Of a DNA stretch of 64,000 bases, positions 38,331-51,103 are shown piece after piece; position 1 is the stretch's first letter; each line of letters opens with the position of its first letter. The position numbers and the translations under genes are program-made. The DNA is from Azolla caroliniana (Eukaryota > Plantae > Polypodiophyta). A model generated the notes under the pieces. The model did no database searches and was not told where the DNA came from. It saw nothing but the letters and a program-made list of their open reading frames with translations. The stretch is from contig JBHGNT010000001.1 in NCBI GenBank assembly GCA_043228905.1, positions 26,164,001 through 26,228,000 of the forward strand. Direction: 5' to 3'.

Positions 38331-38869
38331 AAAGAGAATAAGAAGTATTGTAACAAGTGGATTTACATACAATTAATATCATTTTGTGCTTTTACCAAAA
38401 GAAGAAGAAGAAAGTTTTCCAGTATGAATGTTCGTCGGATGTCATTCAGATATTTGACTAGAGGTATAATATCTTCTTTGCTTGATGATTGGTGTGCCCA
38501 AAACCTCCCACGACCCTTTGGCAGATGAAGGTACAATTGAAATGAGTAGGCACACAACCCTGTGTTCCAATCTCTGGATTTTGACTAAGTATTAAACATA
38601 ATTTACTTGATTGCATTGTTAGCTATCATCATCTCTTGTTTGTGAGCATCTATCATCAATTTCTATAATTCCCTTCGGAATTAGTGGATTTCCAACATGG
38701 ATAATCCGGATTTCATTGAAATATATACATTTGTTGTTCTTTGTAAATTGAGCAACATCCCATTATTATGCTTTGTCTCTGTCTTTGTCTCTATGGCCAC
38801 TCCTACTTTCATTGCCTTATATACATTTGGGTTCTTTGTAGACAACCCTATCATATTGTGTCTAAACTC

Positions 38870-39810
38870 AGCAACGTCCCATTATCATGTTCTTTGCATT
38901 TGAGAACACATGCAATCACGGAGATATTAAGTGTTGGGTCCTCAAGAAATTCCTTTTCGACACTTTGGTGACACCAAAGCTTCTCTATGGGGTGGTACCA
39001 CCCCTAAATATACTTGGAAAGAGTTTAAAAATCACCAAAAACATTTTTCTTATAAAGTTTCTACAAGTTAAGAAACAAATGCCATACACCCTCCTCCTTC
39101 CCATTGAGATCATGGCCATAGAAAGGGGTCGTTGAATACATGCTTAAGCTTCAAAAAAATCCCTCACATCAGCTTTCTAGAATCACATGGGAAACAAGCA
39201 AAATGATCCAAAAAACGCATCAAAACAAAATGTTGTGTTCCGGTTGGATGCAATATATGGAAAACTGGTTTGGTAGATGGGATGCAATACACTTGCTTCA
39301 CGATGCATTGTTAGATTCCCTTGTGAATCAGGCCTTTTTGCAACGCCAATGTATCATGACATGGGACACATATGGAGGCTCATGCTTCACACATTATACT
39401 ATACATGTTGCACCTAACTACAAAACGATATATTCTTCGCATAATGGGGAACTCGTACACATTGATACATGTCAGAGCTCATCCTGTTGTCTTCCATTCA
39501 AACCATGCTTCCATGCCACTGAACTCACATGCATTACAATGTGAGATAGGGTGTTGGGGCACAATTGATGAGAGTGGTTGACTATGCACACTTTGCGCTA
39601 AACGAAGTTCAAGAGTCTGAGTATTACACTTTGAAACAATGTCTACCTTTGATCATATTCGACCATGCTTTCCACATATCTTTGACCAAACCCAATCCTT
39701 GCACAAAATTCTCTCACAACCACAATGTGCACTCTCAATTACAACATTCATTGATAATGTTCTTGAACATCAAGATTTGTTTCTTACTTTCACATATATT
39801 AAGTGAAATG
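38870..39810 (+). mobile_element. Second LINE 3' remnant (RTE/L2-like C-terminus)
   Basis: Fragments LFDTLVTPKLLYG, SHALQCEIGCW and EVQESEYYTLKQC resemble the non-LTR ORF2 end; frameshifted. Confidence 0.6.
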
Positions 39811-40550
39811 TAATATTTTTGGTCTCATAAGTCATATTTGACCTCCAAAGTTGATAATAGAATCTATCTATCTATCTATCTCTCAAACCCAATCCTTGCA
39901 CACACATTGCTCTCACAATCACAATTTGCATTCTCGATTGTGACATTCATTAGTAAGGTATCCTTGAAAATTGAGAGTCACCACTTGCTTTCACATGTAT
40001 TACGTGAAAACGTTATGTTTTTGGTGTCATAGGTCATATTTGAGATCCAAAGACAATAATATATATATATATATATATATATCTCATATTAAGGGTGGAT
40101 TGTACCATAAATATAAGTAAGCCAATGTTTTTTTTGTATATATCCCTACATCGAGGGTTTAGGTCTCAAATATTCATGGGTTCGGAACGAAAGATGACCA
40201 CATCTTGTGTCCGAACGTTATGAAGCGAGGTACAATGGTCTCCACTAAGTTTAGCAGAAGCATCAATTCGGGGGGGCATTCCCATAAAAGTTCCTTTTTC
40301 TTTAGATTGTAATTAATTTAACCCTAATGGTAAGTTGTTATACTACGAGCGCTACATCTTGGGTTCAAACCCCAAATTTCTCACCTCATATATACTTCAT
40401 ACATATCTCTTAATTCACTAGATGCCACTGCGGAATGTAGGGGTTGAACCCATGACCTCCCTTCTCCTTCTCTCTCATCAATCAATCAATCAATTAGAGC
40501 TTCCCATGTGAATCCCCCCCAACGCCATATCCCACCATATTTTGATTCGA

Positions 40551-43500
40551 ATGCAGAGATCGCGATCCACACCTCAGCGTCTGTGGAAGAACCGACTCAG
40601 ATCTCTCCCTCTCCCTCTCCCAGGTCTTAGGGCGTGGAATATCTATACTTCCTCAGGTCTACATAGTCCACGGGCTCGGCAACATGAAGGTTTCAGGAAA
40701 ACTAGAGGACAAGCAATTGGAAATGGAAAAGACGGAGAAGAAAAACTTGCAGGAAAAGGAGACGGGCAAGAATTATGCTCCCGTAGATCAAATTCGGATT
40801 CTTTGGAAGCGAAGCAATTCTCCGAGGTTCGGGTCGATGAGCTTATACACATGTTGGACGTATGTAGGAGGAAGAAAGACCGATCAGATGGTCTTCGTTT
40901 GTTTTCATTTATTCATGAATCCGGGTTTGATTCCCATCCATCCCTTGAGAAATGCCTTATATCTACTTTTGCCGAAATTGGCCTCTTGTCTGAAGCTCGA
41001 CAAGTTTTCAATGCATTTTCACATCCGAAGGAATGGTCTTGGAACTCGCTCATCACAGGTTTTGCCAAGCATGGTATGCTAATTGAAGCTTTCACACTGT
41101 ACCAGACAATGCAAAATGAACATTGTTCCTATGCTGATGCTACCACCATCGTTTCATTGCTCAATGCTTGTGGAAAAGCAAAGGATCTCGAAAGAGGCTT
41201 GAAGATACATTCAGATGTTCGTGGAAATGGAATGATTGAGAATAACATATTTGTTGGTAGCTCATTAGTCAATATGTATGCAAAATGTGGGTTGCTTGGG
41301 AAAGCAGAAGAAGTGCTATGTATGCTTCCGATTCGGAATGTTGTCTCTTGGACGGCATTGATTGGTGGCTATGTGGAGTATGGGTATGGTGAGGAAGCTT
41401 TGAAATGCTTTGAAAAGACAGAACTTGAAGGCATCTCTCCAAGTATGATCACCTTCGTTTGTGTCTTGAAAGCATGTGGTAGCATAGGAGACATAGTTAA
41501 AGGCCGAGAAATTCATGCTGGGGTTGAAAGAAGAGGAATCTCAATGGGAAAAGAGCTAATGGTTGCAAATACGATCATTGATATGTATGCCAAATGTGGG
41601 TTTCTTGCCTCGGCAAGGCATGTCTTTGATAAGCTTCTGGTTCGAGATGTGGTGTCCTGGACAACCTTAATAGCGGGGTATGTTGAATATGGGCATGGTG
41701 AAGAAGCACTCAAGTGTTTCGGAAAAATGCAGCTTGAAGGTACTTCACCCGATCCTGTTACCTTTGTTTGTGCCCTAAAAGCATGCGTCAGTATAGGTGC
41801 AATAGAGGAGGGCCAAGAAATACATTATCAGATTGAAAGAAAGGGATTGCTAGAAAGGAACCTTTTTGTTGGCAGTACCCTTATTGATTTGTATAGTAAA
41901 TGTGGGTTGATTGAAAAAGCACAAGGAGTATTTGACAAGATCCTGGTTCGAAATACAATAACTTGGAATGCATTAGTTTCAGGATATACTGATGACGGAC
42001 AAGGAGAAAAAGTACTGAATGGACTTGAACTGATGCAATTAGAGGGTATCCATCCCGATGCTATCACGTACATGTGCTGCTTGAAAGCCTGTGGTATGCT
42101 ACAGGCTATCTGCAAAGGCAAAGAGATACACGGTGAGATAGAGAAGCATGGTTGGCTAGAAGGACTTAGTATTGTGAATGCCCTTGTAGATATGTATGCA
42201 AAATGTGGCATGCTTCTTGTTGCACAGCAAGTTTTTGACAAACTTCCAGTTCAAGATATTGTATCATGGAATGTGCTTATTGCAGGATATGCCGAACATG
42301 GGTATGATATGGAAGCTCTCAAGAGTTTTGAGCAAATGCAAATTGAGGGTTTGTACCCAGATTCCATCACTCTAGTTTGTAGCTTGAGATGTTGTAGCAA
42401 TGTTGGTTTCTTAAAGAAGGGCATGAAAATACATGCAGAAATCGAAAAAAGAGGGTTGCTGGAGATAGATCTGGATGCCAATAGAGCTTTGATTGATCTG
42501 TATATCAAGTGTGACTTGCTTCTTGTAGCGCAGAAACTATTTGATAGACTTGAATTGAAGGACATGATAGTATGGAATGCATTGATTGCGGGATATTCTG
42601 AAGCCGGGCATGGTGAGGAGGCCCTAATATGTCTTAGTGAAATGCAACTACTCGGCATTGCCGCTGATGTTGTCACCTGTATTTATGCCTTGAAAGCTTG
42701 TGCAAATATAGGAAATGCTGAAAAGGCTAAGGAAATACATGGTAAGATTGAACTACATGGTTTTTCAGTGGGAAACGCTATTGTTGGCAATGCCTTAATC
42801 GATATGTATGGAAAATGTGGTTCGATTGTTCTAGCACAAGATGTATTTGATCGGCTTCCCACGCGAGATATAATATCGTGGACAACACTGATAACAGGAT
42901 ATGTGGAGCATGGATATGGCATGGAAGCACTTGACTGCTTCAAATGGATGCAACTTGAGGGTATTTCTCCCAATGCTACTGCTTTTGTTAGCAGCTTGAA
43001 AGCTTGTTCCATTTTACAGGCCATAGAGAAGGGTTATGAAATCCATAGTGAGATTGAAGCGAGGGGATTACTTGAAGAAGATATTATCGTTGGAAATACT
43101 TTAGTTGACATGTATGCAAATTGTAGGTTGCTTGATACAGCCAAAAAAGTATTTTACAAACTTCCAGTTCGTGATGTAATCTCATGGACATCATTGATTG
43201 CAAAGTATGCTGAATATGGGCAAGGAGGTGAGGCATTCAAACTCTTCAAACAAATGCGACTCAAAGGTGCTTCCCCTGATGTTGTCACTTTTGTATGCAG
43301 CCTAAAAGCTTGTGCCAGGGAAGGCACAACTGATAAGGCTCGAGTAATACATGGTGAAATTTATGCTGAGATTGAAAAAGAAGGGTTCCTCGAGAAAAAT
43401 CTCTTTCTAGGGAGCACATTAGTTGATATGTATGCAAAATGTGGATTACTGGCTAGGGCAAGGCAAGTTTTTGATAAGCTTCCTGTCCAGAACACTGTTT

Positions 43501-44288
43501 CATGGAATGCTTTAATCACTGGCTATGCCCAACATGGTGATGGTGAGGAAGCATTGAACTGTTTTCATCAAATGCAACTAAGGGGTGTTTCTCCTGATGC
43601 TGCCACATTTGTCTCATGCTTGCAAGCATGTGGTAGCATTGGAGCTATTGACAAAGGTCTTGAAATACACGATGAAATTGAAAGGCAAGGCTGGCTAGAT
43701 AGAGACCTTGTCGGCAACACTTTGGTCGATATGTATGCCAAATGTAGTGCTCCTGATAAAGCAAGACAAGTGTTTGTGAAACTCCCAGCTCGAGATGTGG
43801 TTTCTTGGACAGCACTCATGAGAGGCTATGCACATCTGGGGGATAGTGAAAATGTTTTTAGTTTGTTTCATGACATGCTAGGGCAACATATAAAGCCAGA
43901 TCCGGTCACATTTATTGTTGTTCTTAGCACATGTAGCCGAACAGGCCTTTTAAGCAAGAGTTGGACGTATTTTGAAGCTATGAGTAGAGACTATGGTATA
44001 AGTCCAATGCATGAGCATCATAATTGCATGGTTGACGTACATGGTCGTTCAGGTCAGTTAGATGGAGCGTTTGATATGATTGGTAAACTATCTTTTTGTG
44101 GCAATGCCGAGATATGGCACTCGATGATGGGTGCATGTAGGAATCTAGGAAATGTGGAGGTTGGAAAGCAAGTTTTCGAACATGCAATGTGCTCGAACGG
44201 AAAGGATTCAGTAGCTTATGTGTTGATGTCTCAAATCTGTGCCGAATCAAAACAGCCCACTCTCTTCCCCACCAGAGATCCAAATTAA
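40551..44288 (+). CDS. PLS-class pentatricopeptide repeat protein with E-type C-terminus and no DYW domain (probable organellar RNA-editing factor), ~1245 aa, intronless
   Basis: About 10 P-L-S triplets (VGNTLVDMYAKCG / VVSWTALIAGY / PDxVTFVCxLKAC), then P2-L2-S2 (HHNCMVDVHGRSG) and E1 (IWHSMMGACRNLGNVEVG). The ORF stops early in E2. First ATG at 40551. Confidence 0.93.
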   Translation: MQRSRSTPQRLWKNRLRSLPLPLPGLRAWNIYTSSGLHSPRARQHEGFRKTRGQAIGNGKDGEEKLAGKGDGQELCSRRSNSDSLEAKQFSEVRVDELIHMLDVCRRKKDRSDGLRLFSFIHESGFDSHPSLEKCLISTFAEIGLLSEARQVFNAFSHPKEWSWNSLITGFAKHGMLIEAFTLYQTMQNEHCSYADATTIVSLLNACGKAKDLERGLKIHSDVRGNGMIENNIFVGSSLVNMYAKCGLLGKAEEVLCMLPIRNVVSWTALIGGYVEYGYGEEALKCFEKTELEGISPSMITFVCVLKACGSIGDIVKGREIHAGVERRGISMGKELMVANTIIDMYAKCGFLASARHVFDKLLVRDVVSWTTLIAGYVEYGHGEEALKCFGKMQLEGTSPDPVTFVCALKACVSIGAIEEGQEIHYQIERKGLLERNLFVGSTLIDLYSKCGLIEKAQGVFDKILVRNTITWNALVSGYTDDGQGEKVLNGLELMQLEGIHPDAITYMCCLKACGMLQAICKGKEIHGEIEKHGWLEGLSIVNALVDMYAKCGMLLVAQQVFDKLPVQDIVSWNVLIAGYAEHGYDMEALKSFEQMQIEGLYPDSITLVCSLRCCSNVGFLKKGMKIHAEIEKRGLLEIDLDANRALIDLYIKCDLLLVAQKLFDRLELKDMIVWNALIAGYSEAGHGEEALICLSEMQLLGIAADVVTCIYALKACANIGNAEKAKEIHGKIELHGFSVGNAIVGNALIDMYGKCGSIVLAQDVFDRLPTRDIISWTTLITGYVEHGYGMEALDCFKWMQLEGISPNATAFVSSLKACSILQAIEKGYEIHSEIEARGLLEEDIIVGNTLVDMYANCRLLDTAKKVFYKLPVRDVISWTSLIAKYAEYGQGGEAFKLFKQMRLKGASPDVVTFVCSLKACAREGTTDKARVIHGEIYAEIEKEGFLEKNLFLGSTLVDMYAKCGLLARARQVFDKLPVQNTVSWNALITGYAQHGDGEEALNCFHQMQLRGVSPDAATFVSCLQACGSIGAIDKGLEIHDEIERQGWLDRDLVGNTLVDMYAKCSAPDKARQVFVKLPARDVVSWTALMRGYAHLGDSENVFSLFHDMLGQHIKPDPVTFIVVLSTCSRTGLLSKSWTYFEAMSRDYGISPMHEHHNCMVDVHGRSGQLDGAFDMIGKLSFCGNAEIWHSMMGACRNLGNVEVGKQVFEHAMCSNGKDSVAYVLMSQICAESKQPTLFPTRDPN

Positions 44289-45059
44289 AATGAGTTTGTA
44301 TAATATGAGAATCAGGACAGAAATCTATTCTTTGTTCATTCATTCATTTTATCCTCTTCAGTTTAGGGCATTTTTGCCTCATTGTCTCCATGCCATTTCA
44401 TTATGTTTTTGATCGTTTCTAGAGTATAGGCTTCATATAAAGGTTCAAATAATGTATAACTATGGATATAGGTCAAAGTTACTTTATGAAATCTCTTGGA
44501 AGGCTCAAAACGCAAGGTTGAAAAATTGGTTGGATTTATCTAAAGATTGTGTTTCATGGCATTATTATATCAATGGGCATGTTCACAAACTGATGAAGGT
44601 GGGTTCAATTCTTCCCACACAAAGTCATTCTAAACAGAATCATATTGTTTGATACCATGTCACTATAACCCACAACTCAACAAAAAACTCAACCATGGCA
44701 AGGAAGAATTCTCTTATAATAATAGATAAACATTCTGAAGCACTATTATAAGCCATTGTGAATAAGCTCCATTGTAAACGTCACATGTAATGTATGTCTA
44801 TTCATTGCAGACAAAAAAACTGTGAATATTCAACAAATGCAAAAAGCCACCAACTCTGTCCAATAGTTATAATAATGGCTTGGAAGGTACTAGCATATCT
44901 AATTATATATATAGAGAGAGACTCCATTGCACAAGGTAATACAATTGCTCTTCAACCTTGCATATAGAATAAATATACACTTTATAGAAAGATCAAGATT
45001 ACTTTGCAAGACCTTGGAAACAAAAACCAAAACAAATGTATATTCATAGTTTTTCAACT

Positions 45060-46466
45060 CTAGATATAATCTTCTAAATTGCAATGCATCACGGGCAGGT
45101 CAGCTCTCTTCATTGCATCCAAAAACTCTTGGGCCTTACCAAATCTCCCATCTTTACAACATACTCTAATCAAGTTCTCATAGACATCTCGATCCGGTGA
45201 GATTTGTGCATCTTTCATCCTTGAGAAGAGTCTCAAAGCTTTAGTAGAATCACTCAACTCGACACACACTGAGAGGAATGCTTTATATACACGAAGATCA
45301 AGACAACAACCCATTTCTTCCATTTCCCAATAGATTGCCAATGCGTCTCTAGGTTTACCCATGCTCAATAGAGAAGTCACTACTAGTTCAAACATGATCA
45401 CATTGGGGAGAAAACCAGCCGATTTCCACCATGTGAAAAGGTTAGGCACAACTTCATACATTCTTGCCTTGCGACACGCCGCCATCACAGCCGTCACGTG
45501 TTCAAGTCCGAGCTTCAGTTCAGGGAAACCACCCATTTCTTTGAGAAGACTTTTAACCACGTTTCCTTGGTTGAGTCGGCTGGCAAGAAGGATAAGCTCG
45601 GCGTAAGAGGATTGACCGAGTGTGAAACCATAGTTTTTAGCCTCTTCTTTCACTAGCAATGCTTCGTGGAGGCGGCGTGCAAAGGCGAGGCCACGGATGA
45701 GAGCCCCGAAACGATCACGCATAGGATTTGAAGAAGTCGGGTCCATAGTCATGGTTGTATCCATCATCATCAGGAGGTTTCTTGCTCTATCTTCCATCGC
45801 AGCTTCGGCGAGGACTTGAATGGTGGATAAGAGGGTTCTTTCGTCGGGCCAAAGGTGGGGGTAATCTTGTTGCCACAAAAATGTTTCTAGTGCTAGAAGA
45901 GGCATCCCAGCTCGGCCGAGTTCACGGATCGTTCCCGATAACGATCCACGTTCTAGAAGGTGCTGCGATCCCCCGAGGACTTGCACAACATCACGGGAAT
46001 CACGGATATGGTCAGCCAAATGGGCAGGACAAAAGACCTTAGCCTTGGACATAGGCATAGACATGTGCATAGTTTTCTGGTACCTTTTGCGTGTGGGGGG
46101 AGAATCCATGGAACGGACTTTCTTCTGATTCCTTACCAGAGGTGGTGGGCGGTGTGTTGAGAAGGGTCTGGGTGGTCGATGGAGAAGGGAAGAGAGTATG
46201 TCGAGGTGCTCAGATGTCCATTCCTCCTCCTCCTCCTCCTCCTCCTCCTCCTTGCTTCTTGTATTGGGCACGGGCACGGGCATGGGCATGGGGGAAGTGT
46301 TGGAGATGGAGATGGCAGTGGACATTGATGAGAAAGGAAGCTCGGAAGAGCAAGAAGCTGAAGAGGAAGCGAGTGGGAGGCAAGATGGGTGTTTGACATG
46401 GGCACGGCCATGGCCAGGTACATGGGCCTGATGATGAGAGGTCACAGAGTGACAGAGATGATCCAT
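45060..46466 (-). CDS. P-class PPR protein, 468 aa, probably organelle-targeted
   Basis: Ser-rich transit-like N-terminus; P motifs such as PNVIMFELVVTSL, LDLRVYKAFLSVC and PDRDVYENLIRVCCKDG. From memory, ALETFLWQQDYPHLWPDERTLLSTIQVLA resembles Arabidopsis At2g01860/EMB975 (not verified). Confidence 0.88.
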   Translation of the reverse strand: MDHLCHSVTSHHQAHVPGHGRAHVKHPSCLPLASSSASCSSELPFSSMSTAISISNTSPMPMPVPVPNTRSKEEEEEEEEEEWTSEHLDILSSLLHRPPRPFSTHRPPPLVRNQKKVRSMDSPPTRKRYQKTMHMSMPMSKAKVFCPAHLADHIRDSRDVVQVLGGSQHLLERGSLSGTIRELGRAGMPLLALETFLWQQDYPHLWPDERTLLSTIQVLAEAAMEDRARNLLMMMDTTMTMDPTSSNPMRDRFGALIRGLAFARRLHEALLVKEEAKNYGFTLGQSSYAELILLASRLNQGNVVKSLLKEMGGFPELKLGLEHVTAVMAACRKARMYEVVPNLFTWWKSAGFLPNVIMFELVVTSLLSMGKPRDALAIYWEMEEMGCCLDLRVYKAFLSVCVELSDSTKALRLFSRMKDAQISPDRDVYENLIRVCCKDGRFGKAQEFLDAMKRADLPVMHCNLEDYI

Positions 46467-46780
46467 TCCTTCTCTCTTGGAGGTTGGTTTGACACTTTGG
46501 TCGGGCTTTTGCTTGGGTGGTTGTCTACAATGTACATAGTATAGCTATTAATAATTATACATAGTTAGTAGGAAACTCCCATGGCACTCCACCTCGTCTC
46601 ACTACCGGAGAAGCCTAAGAGACACACGTAAAGATAGCCGAGGAAACTCCTGGGTACTCCACCCCCCAGCTAAGAGAGGCACATAGATAGCTGATTGAGT
46701 GAGTGAGTGATTGTGTATGTGTGTGAGAGAGTAGAGATCCTAGATGGATAGCTCAAATGGCGAGATTGTGTAGTGGTAGA

Positions 46781-47256
46781 TAACAATCGGCAACGGTTCG
46801 GTTCGGTTTGAGAGAGTCCAAACCGAACCGTTTACAAAGGTTGAAACTTGAACCGAACCGAACCGTGAAACTGTTAAACCGAACTGTTAAACATTTTTCA
46901 AACCGTAAAACCATTAAACAGTAAAAACCGTAGTTTCGTGGTTCGGTTTCGGTTTTCAACATAGGTCTAATTTTTTATTTTTTAAAATTTATAATATTTC
47001 ATTATTTACAATTTTTAAGATGTTCCTAAAATGTGAGAATAAGATCTAAAGATGCGAAGATTGTTTAAAGACAATTTTTAAATTTTTTTAGAAAATTTAA
47101 AGTTTTTTTAATAAAATAAAATAAACAACCGTTAAACCGTTTAAACCACGGGATTTGACTGTTGAAATCGAACCAAAACCGAACCAAACTGTTAAGCTGT
47201 TAAACCGTGGTTTCACGGTTCGGTTCGGTTCAAACCGAACCGTTTGCCGATTGTTA
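46781..47256. mobile_element. hAT-type MITE
   Basis: TIRs TAACAATCGGCAA / TTGCCGATTGTTA. Perfect 8-bp TSD GTGGTAGA at 46773-46780 and 47257-47264. AACCG/CGGTT subterminal motifs; related to 12883-13344. Confidence 0.93.
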
Positions 47257-49557
47257 GTGGTAGAGACAAAGGTCATGCTTCTAGGCCTTGCATTCCATTA
47301 GGGCACCTGGGAAAAGTAGGGGAAAAAGAGGCGTGATAGTCAAAGCCTTGAACCCAAGACCTTACACTCAGGCACCTAGAAAATTAGGGGAAAAAAACGA
47401 GGTGTGATAGTCAAGCCATGATCCCAGGACTTTATAGTTGGTAGCCTTATAACTTACCACTAGCGTAAGGTAGTTTCACAAAAGAGAACCAAACAGAGAT
47501 ACTTTCAATTTGGTGATTTTCATTTGTGGCATGTCTATAGTGCAATTGCTTGATTTCCATCTTATTGAAGAACGCAACACAACTAGTGTATGCACAACAT
47601 TTAGAATAGAGTATCGATATATTTTTATCAACCATGAGAGGGCCAATTCTTATCTATGGGATCCAATCAATATGTCACATCACTTCCTTGAGTAGGGACG
47701 CTTACTTTGTGGCAAAACCTCTCTATGTGAAGATAAAAAAATGTGCTCACCCTTCTTGGTGGAGATTTGAGTATGAAACATACAATTAGCATACAAGTCT
47801 AACAAGGCATCATACTTCTTATGAATTATCTCATATCTTGAGCATGAAAGACAATAAGCGATATTCATCCTCCATGATTAGGTTTTCATTGCAATACCTT
47901 GCATATCTTCATACTTCAATGATGATGCCATGATGATACCTCGACACCTAACTTGTGTGAGCAAGTTCAAAGAAGTCTTGAGGCTCTATGAGAGCCGAGG
48001 CTCTTGGGTGTAGTAAGATGCAGATAGAGTTTAAGAATTTTTACTTTGTGTTGGGCCCAACATTCGTGATGTATTATTGTAAATTTGACATTTTAGTATC
48101 TTTTTACTTCATCCTTAGTGCTCTAGGAATCTATCCACAATGATCACATGCTTCATAGCATCACCTAAAACCTCCAAAAAAAGCTCTACTCCCCATTCTT
48201 ATATTATTTTATAATATCAAGCACCCAACAAGATGATCAAGTTAACTTAACTCTTTTCTTGGTTACCACCTAAATGGACCAAGTATTCATTTCTAATAAC
48301 ATGAAAGAATAAAATGTTAAGGATTTAATTCCTTTTTTTTGTGAAATTTCTCTATTCATTCCATGCAATAAGTGAGATAACATCAATCGCACCTCACGTA
48401 TCACTTTGGTGAATAGCATTTTTCCGAAGGGATTAACACGACTCATACATTGGAGCCTTGCACTAGGGAATCGCCTTCTGCTCGGTGGGCTAACAATGGG
48501 ATTGGGGAACATCACTCCCGAATGTCAAAGACCACATTACACATAAACATACAAGAGCACTTACCTCTCCACTCCATGCAACCACGAAGCCTTAGAGGCT
48601 TAATAACTTAATATAAATTAAGACACACTTAATCATTACACTAGTTAAGATATATGTTAGTCTCAATTAAATAGATAATCATTATATAAGAAACATAAGA
48701 GGCATTTCAATTAAATAGATAATTACTTCGCGAGAAACATGTATATCTCGATTAATTGGGTGAAAAAGCTACATGGAAGAAAGTGGCTCTTATTGGATGT
48801 AAAGGGGAGGGAATGAGGACAAAAAGGTTGCCCCAAAGACAGGGATCCAAAAGGTATTTTTTACATTAGGGCTCTTTCCCTTTTATGCAAGTTTGAAACC
48901 CTAAAGGCCCATTTCACATTACAATTCCATTGGTCATTGACCATTCCTACATAATAGTGGGTGGTTCCCCACAAACTACAATATAGGCTATAGGCATGTT
49001 TCTTGCATACATTTGGCTTGTGACCAAATGTTCAAATTGAAAATACTAAAACCTTATAGGTTTATGATATCTAAAGAAGTTTAACATTATTTCCATTAAC
49101 ATCCTCCACACCTATTGAGTGCTCCGTCCTCAAAGCATCAAAAGTGTGTTTTACTTCTTAAATATTGAAAACATTAAGAATCATAGCAAAATGTTCACCG
49201 AATTATGATCCTCTTTATTGATGTGGTGGTTGTAAATTGTAATTATTATTGAGATATGCTTTAACTACCATAGGATTTACTAACATCAACCTCACTTCCC
49301 ATTCTCATGGATCACTTTGGCGGCATTGATTCACATATTAAATTGTAGTGCATGTGTTAATGAATACATACATATATTGTATGGGCTATCTATGTAAATA
49401 ATTTTGTGTGCCTACAACAATGTTTCAGTCACTCTCTCATACTCTTCTATTAATGTGCTCTAAGCTTGCTTGTAATTCATATTTATTTTTTGCCTAAATC
49501 ATATGTTGTAATACGACATCTCAAACATCTAATGACCATTCAAGAATATAGGAAAGA

Positions 49558-49629
49558 AGGTTCCATGGAAACATGAACACAAGTTATGAGATTCAAAGTC
49601 CAAAATCTTAACCACTAGACTATGGAACC
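49558..49629 (-). pseudogene. tRNA-Gln(UUG) pseudogene (first, most decayed part of the array)
   Basis: 72-nt tRNA-Gln-like copy with broken anticodon and T stems. Similar decayed copies at 49807-49878, 49939-50010 and 50216-50287. Confidence 0.75.
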
Positions 49630-51103
49630 ATTAAAAAAAGGTAAAGAAAAAAGACTACATGCTACATAATTATATTTTCGAGAAAGACAAACGCACATAA
49701 TTAAGCAACAAAAACATTGAATAACATCTCACATCCCATCCTAGTATATCACTTTGGTTGCATTTATTTTCAAATATGTAATAACTATTCAAGATAAGAG
49801 TCAAGAAGGTTCCAGTAAGACTTGAAATTGGGTTAATATATCCAGGGTTCAATGTCCTAACCATTGGACCATCAATCCATAAAAAAGAAATCAAATTATA
49901 CCCCTCAAACATCAATATCACTCCAAATGTCGCTTGGAAGCTTCTACCGAGACTTGAACTCCAGTTACTGGATCCAAAGTTCAATGACCTAACCATTAGG
50001 CCATGGAACCATTAAACAAAATAGCAAAGATAAAGCAAAGCACTTGGCCTAATCAAACATATAATGACTATTCAAGAAAACAGATTGCCATAGGCAAGTT
50101 ATACACAAGGATTGGAAGTTAAATTAAATAACATATATCTCACTTCCCATCCTCATATCACTCTGGTTGCGTAGATACTAAACCATATAGTGACCATTCA
50201 AGAAAGGAGTAGAGGAGGTTCCGTTGTGACTTGAACTCGAGTTATTGGATTTACTATCCAATGTGATAACCAATAGACCGTGGAACCATTGATCATTTTA
50301 TGCCCCTAGTTTGGGTAACTAGTCATGCCCAAACAGAGTTAAAAGGATTCTTCACTTATACTCAGGTTACTAGACTATTGAACAATTAAAATACTCAAAT
50401 TAACATAGGATGGATACCTGATGATGTCAAGTTAGATTAAACACTACCTCACTTGCCATCCTCCTCCTATATCAAGTTGGTTGCATCCATACTCAAACAT
50501 ATAGTGAATATTCAAGAAGGATCCACAAAGACTTGACCTCAAAACTCAAGTTATTGGATTCAAAGTCCAATGTCCTAACCACTTGACCACAAGATGGTGT
50601 AGCTTCAATATTGGAAACTAGGATGGTGTTGAAACACCATTGAGGGTCTGAATTCCTATCCTATATTTCGATATCAAATATTAAGCCATAATAAAATTGA
50701 GAGATGTCAACATCATATAGTATCTAGGGGAGTAGCATAGTGAAGTGATACATTAGGATGGGATACTCAAACATATAGTGATGATTCAAGAAAAAGAGTG
50801 AAGAAGGTTCCATTGAGATTTGGGGGAGTAGCACAATGAAGTGGTACATGAGGATGGGATGCTCAAACATATAGTAACTATTCAAGAATAGAGTGAAGAC
50901 GGTTAAAATTGAGAGATGTCAACATCATATAGTATCTAGGGGAGTAGCATAGTGAAGTGATAGATTAGGATGGGATACTAGAACATATAGTGATGAAAAA
51001 GAGTGAAGAAGGTTCCATCGAGATTTGGGGAGTAGCATAGTGAAGTGGTACATGAGGATGGGATGCTTAAACATATAGTGACTATTCAAGAATAGAGTGA
51101 AGA

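Noticed and set aside
40643-43819. Minus-strand ORFs overlapping the PLS PPR
   Set aside because: Antisense shadows of the repetitive coding strand.
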